Source: an uncultured virus (IMG/VR IMGVR_UViG_3300047157_000031) (Duplodnaviria; Heunggongvirae; Uroviricota; Caudoviricetes). Taken from it: 64,000 nt of DNA. Positions within the stretch are counted from its first letter, which is position 1, and each line of letters opens with the position of its first letter. Below are positions 61,664-64,000 of the stretch, in pieces. The translations under genes and the position numbers were made by a program. The notes beneath the pieces are model-generated. The model made no database searches. It was given only the letters and a program-made list of their open reading frames with translations, and was not told the DNA's origin. The stretch lies in IMG/VR virus record IMGVR_UViG_3300047157_000031; one strand, given 5' to 3'.

Positions 61664-63872
61664 AAGTGTTTGGCAACAATTACTTGAACTTTCTGCAGCA
61701 CTTACAGTTAGTATTAGCTTACTCTTACTCTCTTTAAACTTAACAGCTACATATATTTACGAAGGTAATCAAGGTCTTATAGACTTAACAGGTGTAAGCG
61801 GTACGACATCACTAGCAGCAGGAGATGACCAAGTCTCTAATGCGTTCAACCTTGGCTTTACGTTTGACTATTATGGTCAATCATTTACACAAGCTAGAGT
61901 AGCCACGAATGGTTGCTTACACTTTAAAACATCAGGTGCATATTGTAATGACTACACACCTGACCCTTTAACAGGACAACACACATACACCTTATATCCT
62001 CTATGGACAGACTTAATTAGGGATAACGGGTCTAGTGTATTAGCTAAAAGCTTTACAGATAAAACAGTCTTTGGTTGGTATAACTTAAGAGAGTTTAACA
62101 GGAGTGGTTCGGACAATAGCTTTGAAGTTATACTCTGGACCAATGACACATTTGAATTTAGATATGGTGGTTTAGATATTATTAATCATGATGTTTTGAT
62201 AGGTGAATCAGGCTCAACATCACAAGTGTACCAGTACCTTTTTCATGATGAATGTAATACAGGTACAACTAACATTACAGGTACATGTGTAAATACAAAT
62301 TGGAATGACACGTCTAGCAATACTTTGTTGGAAAATGGAGGTTCTTTATATGGAGTAGGGTCGGGAAATGCTACAGATTGTAGTGACCCATTAAATGATA
62401 CGAGTTGTTCAGGCTATGCAGCAGCTTATCTTACACAACAATGTGGTTTAGATTCTTTGCATGATATGGCATGTCCTAATTATTGGGAAGCTTATGATGA
62501 CCAACAATGTCAAGAAGACCCTCAGTATGCTCCGTTCTGTGCAGGGTATACACAAGAAGCCTCAGTAGCTTTCTTTGATGATAGTAATGTAGATTATGGA
62601 TATGAAGAAGAACATCATCAGGATGGAGGAGGTTATGAAGAAGACCCTTATTTAGGGTTAGAACTCACAGATGAAGAGTGGTACGAAATAGACGTAGAAG
62701 AATTTGGACAAGAACAAGTAGACGAATGGTTTGGTGACGATTTACAGTTTAACGAAGATGGAATGGTTGACTGGGATTCTACACCACACGAAGACTACAT
62801 AGACATAGAACCTTTAATGGATGTGTGGGAGATAGAACAAGAGCATCATGAAGTTGTTACGTATGACGTGCTTCCGATTGATGAAGTTTTGTTTATAAAT
62901 GAATTAATAATAATAGAGGAAATCGAAAATGAAATTGTACATGAAGAAATGGAAAGAGAAAGCTTTGAAACAATGGAAGAACTTGACGAGTGGTTTGAAG
63001 AAGAAGTGGGTGAAGTTGAAGAAAGACTTGAAGAAAGACTCGCAGAAACTAACGAAGAAACTACAGAAGAAATACAAGACAACTTTCGTGAAGAAGAAGC
63101 CCACGAAGAAAGGGAAGTAGTTGAAGAACTATTTGCAGAAGAAGACGAGAGTAAACCTGAAGATGAACGTAGAAGTTCTGTTCGTGTCTCTGCTTTGGAT
63201 GTTGTAGCAGGTACAATAAGGACAGCTTCTAACAGCGTTAGTAGTGCTACCTATACCAGTAGTAGTTCAAATAGCTTAAGTTCCTCTACAGGCACGTATG
63301 GAGCTTCTAGCGGTACTTCTAGTGGTGGGGTAAGTACCAGTAATTCTCCTAGTATATCAGACCAAATAGCCTCATCTAACGTACAGACGAATCAAGTCTT
63401 ATCAATGAGTGCAGGAGGAGAGTCTTCTGTTGGAGGTTCAACATCATTTAGTATTACACCGATGCCAACACTAGACGAGTCTCCACAAGTTATGATGGCT
63501 GATGTACAGGTACAAGACATGCAAGGTGAAATTGATACAGCAGTCTCAGGAGTTATGACAGCCTCTGAAGCTGACCAAGTAGCCGACCAAATAATAGCAA
63601 ACAACATTAAAGAACAACAAGACGAGGCTGAAGAACAACAAGAAGAGACAGGACAGTACGCAGATAGTACAACTCTTGTTGCTTACTTAGGATATGTTGC
63701 AGGCTTTGATAGTTACAAAGATGCACAGATACCACAACAAGATACATGGTACGAGCCTAGAGCAATCTATGCAGGTGCTATATTAGATGATAACACACAG
63801 GCTTTTTATGGATTAGCAGGTGCTAGTCTAGAAACATTAGGTGATATGATAAACATGCAACCTAACTTATAA
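61650..63872 (+). CDS. NIDO-like secreted acidic protein, copy B
   Basis: Near-identical to 10154-12376. Confidence 0.65.
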   Translation: MPQTKSVWQQLLELSAALTVSISLLLLSLNLTATYIYEGNQGLIDLTGVSGTTSLAAGDDQVSNAFNLGFTFDYYGQSFTQARVATNGCLHFKTSGAYCNDYTPDPLTGQHTYTLYPLWTDLIRDNGSSVLAKSFTDKTVFGWYNLREFNRSGSDNSFEVILWTNDTFEFRYGGLDIINHDVLIGESGSTSQVYQYLFHDECNTGTTNITGTCVNTNWNDTSSNTLLENGGSLYGVGSGNATDCSDPLNDTSCSGYAAAYLTQQCGLDSLHDMACPNYWEAYDDQQCQEDPQYAPFCAGYTQEASVAFFDDSNVDYGYEEEHHQDGGGYEEDPYLGLELTDEEWYEIDVEEFGQEQVDEWFGDDLQFNEDGMVDWDSTPHEDYIDIEPLMDVWEIEQEHHEVVTYDVLPIDEVLFINELIIIEEIENEIVHEEMERESFETMEELDEWFEEEVGEVEERLEERLAETNEETTEEIQDNFREEEAHEEREVVEELFAEEDESKPEDERRSSVRVSALDVVAGTIRTASNSVSSATYTSSSSNSLSSSTGTYGASSGTSSGGVSTSNSPSISDQIASSNVQTNQVLSMSAGGESSVGGSTSFSITPMPTLDESPQVMMADVQVQDMQGEIDTAVSGVMTASEADQVADQIIANNIKEQQDEAEEQQEETGQYADSTTLVAYLGYVAGFDSYKDAQIPQQDTWYEPRAIYAGAILDDNTQAFYGLAGASLETLGDMINMQPNL

Positions 63873-63883
63873 CGGAGAAAAAT

Positions 63884-64000
63884 ATGGAATGGTTTGAAAA
63901 TAAAACAACACAACTAATTGCTTTAGTAGGAATTGTAGGTACGCTTGCAGGTTTTGGATACACAGGTGCAGAGTATGTCAATAGGTTAGAGAATCTTGAA
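63884..64000 (+). CDS. Membrane coiled-coil protein, copy B (truncated by the window)
   Basis: MEWFENKTTQLIALVG..., as at 12388. Confidence 0.7.
   Translation, partial: MEWFENKTTQLIALVGIVGTLAGFGYTGAEYVNRLENLE

Larger units (their letters stand above)
59808..64000 (+). repeat. Long direct repeat, copy 2 (partner 8312-12504); runs off the window end
   Basis: Offset 51,496 bp. Confidence 0.97.

Noticed and set aside
8312..64000. The 4.2-kb repeat as a direct terminal repeat or prophage att duplication
   Set aside because: The copies differ at many synonymous sites, lie mid-operon and run off the window end. No integrase or host DNA is present, and the likely termini are near 29.5 kb.
1..64000. 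tRNA or rRNA genes
   Set aside because: No cloverleaf with a T-loop/D-loop consensus was seen in the few intergenic gaps; a tRNAscan-SE run would settle this.

Overview
AT-rich DNA of a lytic podovirus-type phage; the gene content (IscU, class Ia RNR, T7-like replisome) resembles marine phages of Proteobacteria. No RNA polymerase, integrase, tRNA or CRISPR array is seen. The genome has two arms. The minus-strand early/replication arm (~12.75-29.2 kb) encodes NrdA/NrdB, endo- and exonucleases, a GIY-YIG nuclease, DNA pol A, primase-helicase, SSB and DUF932. The plus-strand late arm (from ~29.97 kb) encodes terminases, IscU, portal, scaffold, capsid, tail, fibres, ejection proteins, a holin and a secreted/membrane module. 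The window is longer than one genome unit: 8312-12504 recurs at 59808-64000 at an exact offset of 51,496 bp, but the ejection-protein cassettes in front of the two copies (90-8152 vs 53322-59623) are only distantly homologous and differ in their C-terminal domains and lysin. Other signals: a complete type III hammerhead ribozyme (28576-28633, minus strand), three compact H-type pseudoknots in early intergenic regions, three hairpins sharing a CUAC/CC internal loop in the scaffold leader, and a recurring R-x2-[FYLM]-x2-GG peptide in several virion/ejection proteins. Many single-base frameshifts (worst at 51.2-52.4 kb) look like sequencing or assembly errors. All family assignments are from motif recognition by eye, not database searches.
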